Source: Candidatus Methanoperedens sp. (lineage in GTDB: Archaea; Halobacteriota; Methanosarcinia; Methanosarcinales; Methanoperedenaceae). From it: a stretch of DNA of 32,000 nucleotides. Under the pieces are notes generated by a model. It had not been told where the DNA came from. It was given only the letters and a program-made list of their open reading frames with translations, and searched no databases. Both the position numbers and the translations under genes were made by a program. Below, piece by piece: positions 5,912 through 13,831 of this stretch (the stretch's first letter is position 1; every line of letters starts with the position of its first letter). The stretch lies in contig JBGQBI010000004.1 in NCBI GenBank assembly GCA_041494705.1, positions 210,001 to 242,000 on the forward strand, written 5' to 3'.

Positions 5912-6221
5912 CTTAAACTTGAATTTAACCTTTATAAACTTATTTATTGGAGCAATTATTGTCATAATTGATCTGATTTTTTATGAAGTGAAAAAAATAG
6001 GAGGCGAAACGCGACCCCCGACACATTCCACTTTTGCCGTGATTGGCATAGGGTAATAGACACGCATAATTATTAAAACCTCATAAATCGGCTATTTTAT
6101 CCAGAAATCTTCTAATTCTGGAACGAAAAAGGAAAAAATTGCCTTTATCCTTTCAGTTCTGTTAAAGTGCAATTGGGCGCAGAGTTGCCTGATTGCGCAG
6201 AATTTTAATTACGTTACTATA

Positions 6222-6242
6222 CCCCACAGCTCTGCTGTGGGG
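6222..6242 (-). terminator. Hairpin CCCCACAGC-TCT-GCTGTGGGG just downstream of the sulfite reductase stop
   Basis: A perfect 9-bp stem with a 3-nt loop lies 23 nt past the stop at 6265. Confidence 0.4.
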
Positions 6243-6264
6243 AGGTTCATTATTACAAAACACA

Positions 6265-6921
6265 TCATTGAATTTCTGCTTTGAATTTTTCGAATCCGAT
6301 CTCATCGATGAATTCCCCAAGCCGCTTTTTCTTGGAATGTCTTTTATAATACTCTATTACCCTGTCCACCGTCTCAAGTACTTCCTCATCTGACAGGTTT
6401 TCACCAAGTGTTTCGCCTAATCTGGGTTTTAATCCCGCACTGCCGCCTACAGTGATTTTCCAGCCTTTCGGAGTGCCCACAATTCCTATATCTTTGATAA
6501 TGTGTTCTGAACACGAATTAAGACATCCGGAAACCCCGATTTTTAATTTTGATGGTAATTCCAACCCATCATATTTTTTATCAAGTTTTAAGCCCATCCC
6601 GACAGAATCCTGCTGGCCTTTTTTACAGAAAGTAGTACCCGGGCATATCTTGACACTCCGCACGCAGAGTCCTAATGCGTGAGCGGGTTTCATTTGCAAG
6701 TCTGCCCATACATTATCCAGGTCTTCCTGTTTTATTCCTACAATGGCTATCCTCTGGGCAGAAGTTAATTTCAATGCACCGGCATTATACTTTTCTGCTA
6801 CGTCTGCTATTTTTCTAAGTCCTGCCGAAGTTATTATTCCGCCGGGTATGTGCGGTGCAACCGCGAATGTTTTCTCGTCTCTTTGTACAATAGCTCCTTT
6901 TTCAAGCATGTCTTTTGCCAT
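6265..6921 (-). CDS. Small siroheme/[4Fe-4S] sulfite (nitrite) reductase, assimilatory low-molecular-weight type
   Basis: 218 aa. The cysteine pattern CPGTTFC (CX5C) plus SGCLNSC (CX3C) is the siroheme-cluster ligand set. An SD AGGAGGA lies upstream. Confidence 0.8.
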   Translation of the reverse strand: MAKDMLEKGAIVQRDEKTFAVAPHIPGGIITSAGLRKIADVAEKYNAGALKLTSAQRIAIVGIKQEDLDNVWADLQMKPAHALGLCVRSVKICPGTTFCKKGQQDSVGMGLKLDKKYDGLELPSKLKIGVSGCLNSCSEHIIKDIGIVGTPKGWKITVGGSAGLKPRLGETLGENLSDEEVLETVDRVIEYYKRHSKKKRLGEFIDEIGFEKFKAEIQ

Positions 6922-6961
6922 AAATTCCTCCTGAATAATTATAATATAATATTGTGCCTAT

Positions 6962-7402
6962 TTATTTAAAGTACCTGTCGAGCAAGCCTTTCAATGCTCT
7001 GGCATGTCTTGCCTCATCTCTTGCCGAGACATCGAAAAAGTCATGGGCTTCATCTATCCCCGCTTCTTTTGATTTTATTGCGGAGTCCCGTTTATATTTA
7101 TTTGCGCCTTCTTCGCCTTTTTGCATTCGCAAGAGGTTCTCTTTTGTGCTGCTGGAAATCAGACCGCTTAGTTCGGCATATCCTGCCGCGTGCCATGCTT
7201 CTTCCATAGCTATCGTTTTCAGTACTTCTGCCACCTCAGGGTAGCCTTCCCGCTGTGCCTGTTTTGCCATTGCAAGATAGAGCCCGACTTCGCCTGTCTC
7301 GCCTTTGAAACTGTTTCCGGCTGCTTCTTCCATAACCGTTCCTTTGACTATTCCGATTTTGTTCTCGCTTATCAAGTCCATAATTTCTCCATTGTTAGAC
7401 AT
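6962..7402 (-). CDS. Rubrerythrin-family diiron protein (no rubredoxin domain)
   Basis: 146 aa with two ExxH motifs (MEEAWHA and RDEARHA). It lies 40 nt upstream of the sulfite reductase on the same strand. Confidence 0.85.
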   Translation of the reverse strand: MSNNGEIMDLISENKIGIVKGTVMEEAAGNSFKGETGEVGLYLAMAKQAQREGYPEVAEVLKTIAMEEAWHAAGYAELSGLISSSTKENLLRMQKGEEGANKYKRDSAIKSKEAGIDEAHDFFDVSARDEARHARALKGLLDRYFK

Positions 7403-7426
7403 ATATCTAACAATTAGATTCGAATA
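7391..7426. promoter_or_regulatory. Operator copy 1: overlapping palindromes ATTGTTAGA-N6-TCTAACAAT and ATCTAA-caa-TTAGAT
   Basis: The 24-mer atatctaacaattagattcgaata (7403-7426) matches 8164-8187 at 22 of 24 positions. It abuts the rubrerythrin start codon. Confidence 0.6.
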
Positions 7427-7454
7427 GAACTGATATCATATATATTTTACTGAC

Positions 7455-7545
7455 AAGGATGATTGATTGCTATCAGAGAAGGAGAAGACTGACACGCTTA
7501 GCCGGAATTATAAGAGTATGGCAAAGATTCCTAATCAGGGAAAGG
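7455..7545 (+). pseudogene. Decayed fragment of an arsR-like HTH gene
   Basis: tatcagagaaggaga (7471-7485) is identical to 8293-8307 inside the intact ArsR-V4R gene. The flanks are alignable (attgaTTGYtatcag and acac..ttagccg). The fragment has several in-frame stops and no start codon. Confidence 0.45.
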
Positions 7546-7644
7546 GTCCGGTGTCCCGATATATAATACGCAGGAAAACTTCTCTGTTTTCCTCACAAGT
7601 TTTTTAGATTATATCAGGAATTTGTTTTCCGTTATCTTTTAAAA

Positions 7645-8049
7645 TCACATCTTATTTTTTAAAAAAACGCCCATTTTCTTATCCACTTTGCCAATATGCT
7701 GTATGAGCCAATCTACGATTTTTTTATTAATTTTGATGGTTAGACTAAGGGTTTCCCCTTGCGTTTCAAACTGTTTCTTTAATTCTAAAAAGTCTTTTAT
7801 AAAATTCGTATGCTGTTCCTTATGTGAGGGGTAATCCGGGTAGCCGTATCTGGTCATATATTTTTCTTCAGTACCGAAATGTGTCACTACATATTCTTCC
7901 AAAAACTTTACTAACTTACTAACCTCTTCTCTTCCTTTGCATTGACGGCAAGCTTCAAACAGCATATCAACCCTATTAAACAATTCTTTGTGTTGATTAT
8001 CTATCTCTTCTATGCCGGTTGCCAGATTCTGATTCCATTCTATTGTCAT
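7645..8049 (-). CDS. Hemerythrin-like metal-binding protein
   Basis: 134 aa. It starts IEWNQNLATGIEEIDNQHKELF and also contains HFGTEE, HKEQH and IQHIGKVD. Confidence 0.85.
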   Translation of the reverse strand: MTIEWNQNLATGIEEIDNQHKELFNRVDMLFEACRQCKGREEVSKLVKFLEEYVVTHFGTEEKYMTRYGYPDYPSHKEQHTNFIKDFLELKKQFETQGETLSLTIKINKKIVDWLIQHIGKVDKKMGVFLKNKM

Positions 8050-8163
8050 TTTGATTTCTCCATGTATCGTAAATTGTTAATTGAATCCAGATATTTTAGT
8101 TAGAAACACGGAATAAAAGAAATACACGGATTTATACTGATTTGTGATAAAGATGTGAAATTA

Positions 8164-8187
8164 ATATCTAACAGTTAGATTCAAATA
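8164..8187. promoter_or_regulatory. Operator copy 2: ATCTAA-cag-TTAGAT within a conserved 24-mer
   Basis: It lies 26 nt upstream of the ArsR-V4R ATG, in the divergent region shared with the hemerythrin gene. Confidence 0.6.
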
Positions 8188-8213
8188 TTACAATAACCTT
8201 ATTCAACATATAC

Positions 8214-8969
8214 ATGACGTATATCCTGAAACCTGAAGAAGAAGTTGCGAAAATCTTCTCAGATAAGACGAGACTCAAGATAATTGAATTGTTATCAGAG
8301 AAGGAGATGGCAAATACACAATTAGCCGAGCTTACAAAACTGAGTAAAGCAACGATTTCCCATCATATCAAATTACTTGTTGATGCCGGGATTGTGAAAA
8401 TAGCACGGATAGAGCACGAGGAACATGGCATCCGGATGAAATTCTACACTGTTAATCCCAATATTCTTTCGGTTGCAGTACATAAACAGGGCATTTTAAG
8501 GGAGCAAATCAAAAAAGAAATACAGGAAGCCATGATGAGCGAAAGAAAAAGAAAAGGCTTCATAAACGAAGCGAAACCGGCTTTCTTTAGATTGCTGAAA
8601 TCATCCATGCTCAATGCGGGGATAGACCTGGATAAACCATTCTACGATACTGGCTACGAGATAGGGTCGGAAGTCATTTCTAAAGAAATAAAAGGGTCTA
8701 CGCTCGAAGATGTATTAAAAGAACTGGCGGATATCTGGAAGAAGCTCGGACTTGGAACTATAGAATTGGCTGAGGCTAATAAGATCAGGGTGAAGGATTG
8801 CTACCAGTGTTCCAATATGCCGGATGTAGGAAAACCTCTCTGCCCGAGCGATGCCGGAATTATTGCAGGCGTCCTGGATAAAACCCTCGGAAAAAAACAT
8901 TCTGTCAAAGAAGTAAAATGCTGGGGCACAGGATACGATTTCTGCGAATTTGAGATAGAAGAGCTGTAG
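8214..8969 (+). CDS. ArsR-family HTH regulator with C-terminal V4R (4-vinyl-reductase-like) sensor domain
   Basis: The N-terminal part RLKIIELLSEKEMANTQLAELTKLSKATISHHIKLLVDAGIV is an ArsR-type HTH. The C-terminal Cys-rich part CYQCSNMPDVGKPLCPSDAGIIAG...CEFEIE is V4R-like. Confidence 0.8.
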   Translation: MTYILKPEEEVAKIFSDKTRLKIIELLSEKEMANTQLAELTKLSKATISHHIKLLVDAGIVKIARIEHEEHGIRMKFYTVNPNILSVAVHKQGILREQIKKEIQEAMMSERKRKGFINEAKPAFFRLLKSSMLNAGIDLDKPFYDTGYEIGSEVISKEIKGSTLEDVLKELADIWKKLGLGTIELAEANKIRVKDCYQCSNMPDVGKPLCPSDAGIIAGVLDKTLGKKHSVKEVKCWGTGYDFCEFEIEEL

Positions 8970-9000
8970 ATTTTTAAAAATACTCTACATATTCGTGCGC

Positions 9001-9108
9001 TCATTTCGCCCCGAATCCTCCGCGCAGGAAGCGCCTCAGGTCTTCTTCATCTATGTTTTCGACATTTTCGTTTACATCATCGTATATTTCTTCTTTTTTA
9101 TAATCCAT
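9001..9108 (-). CDS. 35-aa acidic micro-protein (MDYKKEEIYDDVNENVENIDEEDLRRFLRGGFGAK)
   Basis: An SD GAGGT lies 4 nt upstream of the ATG. The ORF is in the same frame as the upstream Zn-ribbon ORF. Confidence 0.45.
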   Translation of the reverse strand: MDYKKEEIYDDVNENVENIDEEDLRRFLRGGFGAK

Positions 9109-9171
9109 ATTTACCTCGAATTGGAAAAAGGAGCGCAAATGGATAGGATAAAAGCGCCCCTTTTTCTTTTG

Positions 9172-9318
9172 TCATTTTAACAGCGCCTCCTCTATGGCAA
9201 AAGCATCCATGCCGCAGTCCACGCATGATACCATGGCAATTCCTTTGATGAAATCTGCGCTTGTTATCGGTATTGCATGCTTGCAGTTGGGGCACCTGTA
9301 TTGTCTGGCAGAGGTCAT
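9172..9318 (-). CDS. 48-aa zinc-ribbon protein (CPNC...CVDC)
   Basis: The product is MTSARQYRCPNCKHAIPITSADFIKGIAMVSCVDCGMDAFAIEEALLK. An SD GGTGG lies upstream. Its ATG overlaps the upstream ORF stop as ATGA. Confidence 0.6.
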   Translation of the reverse strand: MTSARQYRCPNCKHAIPITSADFIKGIAMVSCVDCGMDAFAIEEALLK

Positions 9319-9443
9319 ATCAGCCACCAGACATAATCCTGTACCCGAATGCGCTCCGGCTTTTCCTGCTTGCCTTTCAGCAATGCGTCCTTGCTAACTA
9401 TACCATCGGGGGCAAAGTAAACCCCTTCTTTCTTCTTGATTTG
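9315..9443 (-). CDS. 42-aa protein in the +1 frame of module D; start unresolved
   Basis: The product is QIKKKEGVYFAPDGIVSKDALLKGKQEKPERIRVQDYVWWLI. It has no canonical start, and its stop overlaps the Zn-ribbon ATG. Confidence 0.45.
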   Translation of the reverse strand, partial: QIKKKEGVYFAPDGIVSKDALLKGKQEKPERIRVQDYVWWLI

Positions 9444-9457
9444 TCATTTTAACACCA
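9394..9457 (-). promoter_or_regulatory. Translation-start module copy D (SD GGTG, ATG 9447, AGAAGG-N6-CTTTGC, 0-frame TAG 9396-9394)
   Basis: The 0-frame reads atg aca aat caa gaa gaa aga agg ggt tta ctt tgc ccc cga tgg tat agt tag. Confidence 0.6.
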
Positions 9458-9649
9458 GAAATTCCATAGTTTTCATACATATTCAAATCACGTAAACAGG
9501 CTATATTTGATAGCTATATGCGGTTTTCAGGAACAAAAGGGCAATAATTACCCGGAACTTTCAGCATTGAAACAACAGAAAAATGATTCTTCTAAAGTTT
9601 AACCCATACGGCAATTATTGTCGTGATTGTTCTGGTATTGCATTAGATA

Positions 9650-10135
9650 GTGACAAAATATGCCTGTATATCCAGGGATATATATCCTGTCCGCATGGAC
9701 AGATGCGGTGAAAAAAACCAATGTCAAATAAAAGAAGGGATCATTTTTGCCACCTATAACAAATGGGATGGTATAGAATCATCGATAGATGAGGGTACTG
9801 AGGAAAAACTAAAGGTCTCCGCGTATGAGAACTACGCAGAAGAAGGGCTGAGAAAACCGGAATACCGGCGCATGCGAATAAGCATTGAAAGATTGGCTCG
9901 CACACTTGCAGTAATTGAAACAAGCTGGCAGCGTGCGGGCAGGCATCATGCGCTTCGGGAGCTTGAAAACGTACTCACCCGGCAGCATGAAGTTGAGAGG
10001 GATGCAGAGAATATCGAAGATGTATTCCTGCGCGGATACATCTATGAGCAGCTCGATATTGTTGCTGCAACAAGACGGTCTCTGGCTGAAGAAGTCAGAT
10101 GGGATATCGAAGCCAGTAAGAAAACTTGGGAATAA
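9650..10135 (+). CDS. Hypothetical protein (137-161 aa); its frame is the +1 frame of module F
   Basis: The long ORF contains QIKEGIIFATYNKWDG at the module. Candidate starts are GTG 9650, ATG 9695 (no SD), or the module ATG 9721 with a shift. No family was recognised. Confidence 0.6.
   Translation: MTKYACISRDIYPVRMDRCGEKNQCQIKEGIIFATYNKWDGIESSIDEGTEEKLKVSAYENYAEEGLRKPEYRRMRISIERLARTLAVIETSWQRAGRHHALRELENVLTRQHEVERDAENIEDVFLRGYIYEQLDIVAATRRSLAEEVRWDIEASKKTWE
9707..9759 (+). promoter_or_regulatory. Translation-start module copy F (SD GGTGA, ATG 9721, AGAAGG-N6-TTTTGC, 0-frame TAA 9757)
   Basis: The 0-frame reads atg tca aat aaa aga agg gat cat ttt tgc cac cta taa (MSNKRRDHFCHL). Confidence 0.6.
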
Positions 10136-10136
10136 T

Positions 10137-10436
10137 ATGAATGGGATGGATATTTTTGTCCGGAAATCTGCCAATTACCGGGTCTGGGTAGATGAGGCAG
10201 GAGTGGGGCGCATCAGGGTACTGAAGAGGATAAATTTCAAGACTCTTGTGTCACTTTTTGAGGAGCTTCACGGCGAGATAAGAAAGAGAATTGCCGGGAA
10301 CCCAGGAAAAGTCCATATTATTTTTTACATATCGAAATCCCTCTACGATGAAATGTCTGTCAATGCAAAAGAATTCCTTGGATTCTGTCAATCCTGCATG
10401 GGTATCAAATTCGAGCTTGTTTTGATAGGGATGTAA
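10137..10436 (+). CDS. Hypothetical 99-aa protein
   Basis: The ATG lies 1 nt after the upstream stop. The product starts MNGMDIFVRKSANYRVWVDEAGVGRIRVLKRINF. A hairpin GATGCAC/GTGCATC follows the stop. No family was recognised. Confidence 0.55.
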   Translation: MNGMDIFVRKSANYRVWVDEAGVGRIRVLKRINFKTLVSLFEELHGEIRKRIAGNPGKVHIIFYISKSLYDEMSVNAKEFLGFCQSCMGIKFELVLIGM

Positions 10437-10812
10437 AACGATGCACCCTGTTTGATTTTTGTGCATCCTTTTGGAATAATTGTGTCAACATCTGCCTCTT
10501 TCTGTAATTATATATGTTTGCCGGTATTATCTTTCAATTGCGATTGATATGATTGAAGAAATATGTAACCAGTCCCGAATAAATAACTCCTGTCGTATGA
10601 AGGTTGAAAATAGAAAACCCAGAAATGATATCGAGTTTGATAAAATTGTTAAATTCCTGAATGACCAGAAAGCAGTGCTGGATTATGCAGGTTTGAATTA
10701 ACTGCATTTTTTGCCGCAATTATTCGGTTTTTGTAATCATCGTTCCAATTATCGCCTGTTTCTCTGCATATTTATATGTGCCTGCTTATTTGCGCTTGCT
10801 TATTTCATAAGC

Positions 10813-10860
10813 AGGTGAATTAAAATGAATACAAGAAGGAATCATCTTTGCCGTCACTGA
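10813..10860 (+). promoter_or_regulatory. Translation-start module copy B (SD AGGTGAA, ATG 10825, AGAAGG-N6-CTTTGC, 0-frame TGA 10858)
   Basis: The 0-frame reads atg aat aca aga agg aat cat ctt tgc cgt cac tga (MNTRRNHLCRH). Confidence 0.7.
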
Positions 10861-10969
10861 TGACAACAATTTAATGAATAGATATATAAAACATAGTGCA
10901 GAATTCCTGCATATCCGGGATTTCCTGCAACAACAGAAAATTATTCTAAATAATTCGAGGTGGAATTAA
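10829..10969 (+). CDS. 46-aa ORF in the +1 frame of module B, stop overlapping the pstS start (TAATG)
   Basis: The product is IQEGIIFAVTDDNNLMNRYIKHSAEFLHIRDFLQQQKIILNNSRWN. The frame is open across AT-rich DNA. It has an internal ATG at 10874. Confidence 0.4.
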   Translation: MQEGIIFAVTDDNNLMNRYIKHSAEFLHIRDFLQQQKIILNNSRWN

Positions 10970-12006
10970 TGAAAGGAAAAATTATCACAATTATACTAAT
11001 TACAGTCATCACAGGTGCATTATTATCAGGATGCATCGGTAATCCAAAGTCTGAAACCCAGTCCACGCCTACCGCTGCTGTCACTACAACACCGGCATCA
11101 TCCGGAGCCACGGCTGTACAGACCGCTGTAAGCTCAAAGGAACTTGAGGGCACTATAACGCTGTCAGGCGCATTTGCTCTGTACCCTATGGCTGTGCGCT
11201 GGGGCGAGGAGTTCCAGAAGCTGCACCCCAAGGTCAAAGTTGATATTTCGGCAGGAGGCGCGGGCAAGGGCATAGCTGACACACTTGGCGGTCTCGTTGA
11301 TATCGGCATGATTTCAAGAGACGTTGATCCCTCGGAGATTCAGAAGGGCGCATATCCAATCGGCGTGACCAAGGATGCCGTTGTGGCCACAGTCAATGCC
11401 AAGAACCCTGTGCTTAATGATCTCCTGAGCAAAGGTGTCAAAAGAAAGACTTTTGCGGATATATATATCAATGGAACAGTAAACTCATGGGGCGATGTCG
11501 TAGGGAAACCTGAAATAAAACAGGAAATACATGTATATACCAGAAGCGATGCATCGGGTGCGTCTGATATATGGGCAAAGTACCTCGGCGGTAAACAGGA
11601 AAGTCTCAAAGGCACAGGCGTTTACGGCGACCCCGGACTGCTTGCTGCTGTGCAGAAAGACCCCCTGGGCATAGGTTATAACAACTACAACTATGCCTTT
11701 GATATGAAGACCGGGCAGCCTGTATCGGGCATCCGGATAATATCATTTGACGTAAATGGGAACGGCGTAGTTGACCCTGAAGAGAATATAAGCACCAAGG
11801 AAAAAACAATTGCAGCCATTAAAAACGGAGTGTTCCCGAGTCCGCCTGCGAGAGTTGAATTATTTGTAACCAAAGGAAAGCCCACGGGAGTTACTTCCGA
11901 ATTTATCAGATGGGTTCTCACAGACGGACAGAAGTATGTGGATGAGGTGGGTTACATACAGTTGTCGAAGGAAACGCTTGATGGTGAGTTGAAAAAGGTT
12001 GAATGA
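10969..12006 (+). CDS. pstS: Phosphate ABC transporter substrate-binding lipoprotein PstS
   Basis: The ATG at 10969 follows GAGGTGG. It has a lipobox-like LLSGC, a Thr/Ala-rich linker, and SGAFALYPMAVRWGEEF...ISAGGAGKGIADTLGGLVDIGMISR. Confidence 0.9.
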   Translation: MKGKIITIILITVITGALLSGCIGNPKSETQSTPTAAVTTTPASSGATAVQTAVSSKELEGTITLSGAFALYPMAVRWGEEFQKLHPKVKVDISAGGAGKGIADTLGGLVDIGMISRDVDPSEIQKGAYPIGVTKDAVVATVNAKNPVLNDLLSKGVKRKTFADIYINGTVNSWGDVVGKPEIKQEIHVYTRSDASGASDIWAKYLGGKQESLKGTGVYGDPGLLAAVQKDPLGIGYNNYNYAFDMKTGQPVSGIRIISFDVNGNGVVDPEENISTKEKTIAAIKNGVFPSPPARVELFVTKGKPTGVTSEFIRWVLTDGQKYVDEVGYIQLSKETLDGELKKVE

Positions 12007-12010
12007 GGTT

Positions 12011-12039
12011 GAGGTTTTGCCTTAACCTCCTATTTTTTA
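12011..12039 (+). terminator. Hairpin GAGGTT-N7-AACCTC plus T6 run between pstS and pstC (attenuator candidate)
   Basis: A 6-bp stem is followed by ctatttttta. Confidence 0.35.
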
Positions 12040-12062
12040 TTTTAGTAAAACGTGTATAACTC

Positions 12063-12986
12063 ATGAATGTTAGAAGACTTAAGGATGCTTTTGCAAGCAG
12101 GCTCATGCTGGCTGCCGCTATTTTCTCAAGTTTTCTTGTACTTATTATCGCTTTTGTGCTTTATTGGAGATCAAAGCCGATTTTTGAGGTTAAATCAGTT
12201 GGCGCCCTTCTCTTCGGCAGCACCTGGATGCCTTTTCAGGGAGAGTTCGGTTTTTATCCATTCATCCTGGGTACTCTCTACGTGACGCTGCTGGCTATGG
12301 CAATTTCCGTACCCCTCTCAATACTGAGTGCAATCTATCTTGCTGAGTATGCGCATGAAAACGTGAGGGCAAAGGTTCTCCCGATGATAGATTTGCTTGC
12401 GGGCATACCGCCTGTTGTCTACGGTGTTTGGGGTGTTCTTGCAGTTGTACCGTTGATTGCATATATCGCACCTGTACTGGGAAAGTCCGGGATACCATTT
12501 CTAAATATGAGCGGCTACTCTACCGGTTACAGTTTACTTGCCGGGGGCATCGTTCTTGCAATTATGGTTTTTCCTATTATTATTTCAATCTCGGAGCAGG
12601 TATTGCGGGCTGTACCCTCAGACGTGAGGGAGGCATCCCTGTCGCTTGGCGCAACGAGATGGCAGACTGTAAAGCATGCAGTGATACGCATTGCCTATCC
12701 CGGGATGGCCGCCGCCGTCATTCTTGGATTTTCCCGGGCTATCGGCGAGACCATGGCTGTTTTAATGGTCGTGGGGAATGTCCCGAAGATTCCCACTTCG
12801 GTATTTGATTCCGCATATCCACTGACCGCGCTCATTGCCAATAACTACGGTGAGATGATGTCGATACCGCTGTATGATTCTGCCCTGCTGCTTGCCGCCC
12901 TTATACTGATGCTTGTAATCCTGTTCTTCACTCTGGCTGCCCGGTTGATATTGATAAATATCGAGAGGAGGATGGCGAATGGATAA
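12063..12986 (+). CDS. pstC: Phosphate ABC transporter permease PstC
   Basis: 307 aa and polytopic. It has an EAA-type loop SLSLGATRWQTVKHAVIRIAYPG. Confidence 0.9.
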   Translation: MNVRRLKDAFASRLMLAAAIFSSFLVLIIAFVLYWRSKPIFEVKSVGALLFGSTWMPFQGEFGFYPFILGTLYVTLLAMAISVPLSILSAIYLAEYAHENVRAKVLPMIDLLAGIPPVVYGVWGVLAVVPLIAYIAPVLGKSGIPFLNMSGYSTGYSLLAGGIVLAIMVFPIIISISEQVLRAVPSDVREASLSLGATRWQTVKHAVIRIAYPGMAAAVILGFSRAIGETMAVLMVVGNVPKIPTSVFDSAYPLTALIANNYGEMMSIPLYDSALLLAALILMLVILFFTLAARLILINIERRMANG

Positions 12987-13827
12987 ACTGCGTGAAGAAA
13001 AATTGTTTAAAATTCTGATGCTCGCATCGCTTGCTGTCGTTATCGGGAGCCTCTTCATGGTTGTCGGGGTGATTATATGGAACGGCGTACCTGCGCTCTC
13101 GCTTTCTATGATAACCCAGACACCCAAAGGAGGGTATTATCTTGGAAAGGAGGGCGGTATCCTGAATGCCATAGTGGGTTCCTTATACCTGGCGTTTGGA
13201 AGCGTAATTCTCGCCCTCATTATCAGCCTGCCGGCGGCCTTATCGCTGCAGAAAGACTATATCGGGAGAACAAGGCTTGCATATTATATCAGGCTCTCCC
13301 TCGATGTTCTCTGGGGCACTCCCTCAATCGTGTACGGCGCATTTGGTTTTATCGTAATGTTATATTTAGGTATGCGGGCATCGCTTCTGGGTGGAATAAT
13401 AGTTCTTACTGTTTTGCAGCTGCCGATAATGATAAGATCAATGGAAGAAGTAATAAAAATGGTTCCAAATGAGTTAAAAGAGGCTTCTTATACCCTGGGG
13501 GCGACACGCTTTGAGACAACTTTCGGTGTTGTGGTGAGGCAGGCGCTGCCTGGTATAGTGACCGCGGTGATCCTTTCTTTCGGGCGTGGAATCGGAGATG
13601 CTGCATCCATTCTCTTTACCGCGGGCTATACGGACAGCCTGCCGCGCTCACTCCTTGATCCAGTGGCATCACTCCCCCTTGCAGTATTTTTCCAGCTTGG
13701 CACACCATTCCCGGAGGTGCAGGCGCGGGCGTATGCAAGTGCGCTGATACTTCTTTTTATTGTACTTGCACTCAGTTTAACATCACGATATTTATCCAGG
13801 AAATTCATGAAAAACATTATCAGGTAA
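12979..13827 (+). CDS. pstA: Phosphate ABC transporter permease PstA
   Basis: 282 aa. It contains EASYTLGATRFETTFGVVVRQALPG and overlaps pstC by 8 nt. Confidence 0.9.
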   Translation: MDKLREEKLFKILMLASLAVVIGSLFMVVGVIIWNGVPALSLSMITQTPKGGYYLGKEGGILNAIVGSLYLAFGSVILALIISLPAALSLQKDYIGRTRLAYYIRLSLDVLWGTPSIVYGAFGFIVMLYLGMRASLLGGIIVLTVLQLPIMIRSMEEVIKMVPNELKEASYTLGATRFETTFGVVVRQALPGIVTAVILSFGRGIGDAASILFTAGYTDSLPRSLLDPVASLPLAVFFQLGTPFPEVQARAYASALILLFIVLALSLTSRYLSRKFMKNIIR

Positions 13828-13831
13828 TCCA

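Noticed and set aside
5808-6056. 82-aa + strand ORF
   Set aside because: Its 5' part is antisense to the wHTH/module C region. The rest is AT-rich low-complexity spacer with no SD.
8995-9452. Track ORFs 8995-9180 (+), 9098-9295 (-), 9194-9397 (+) and 9261-9452 (+)
   Set aside because: They have no SD signals and implausible sequences. The minus-strand micro-ORFs with SDs and ATGA couplings explain the region better.
10480-10701. 73-aa + strand ORF (and 10534-10719 minus)
   Set aside because: It lies in an AT-rich intergenic stretch, has no SD and has no recognisable features. I cannot exclude a small gene, but there is no support for one.
1074-10969. Explaining the +1 offsets at the start modules as sequencing or assembly indels
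   Set aside because: The same one-nucleotide offset appears at six separate loci, always in the same direction and at the same motif. The T runs involved are only 3-5 nt. Hundreds of similar runs inside recognisable genes in this window are in frame. Read-level confirmation is still needed.
10941-11309. 122-aa minus-strand ORF
   Set aside because: It is antisense to pstS.
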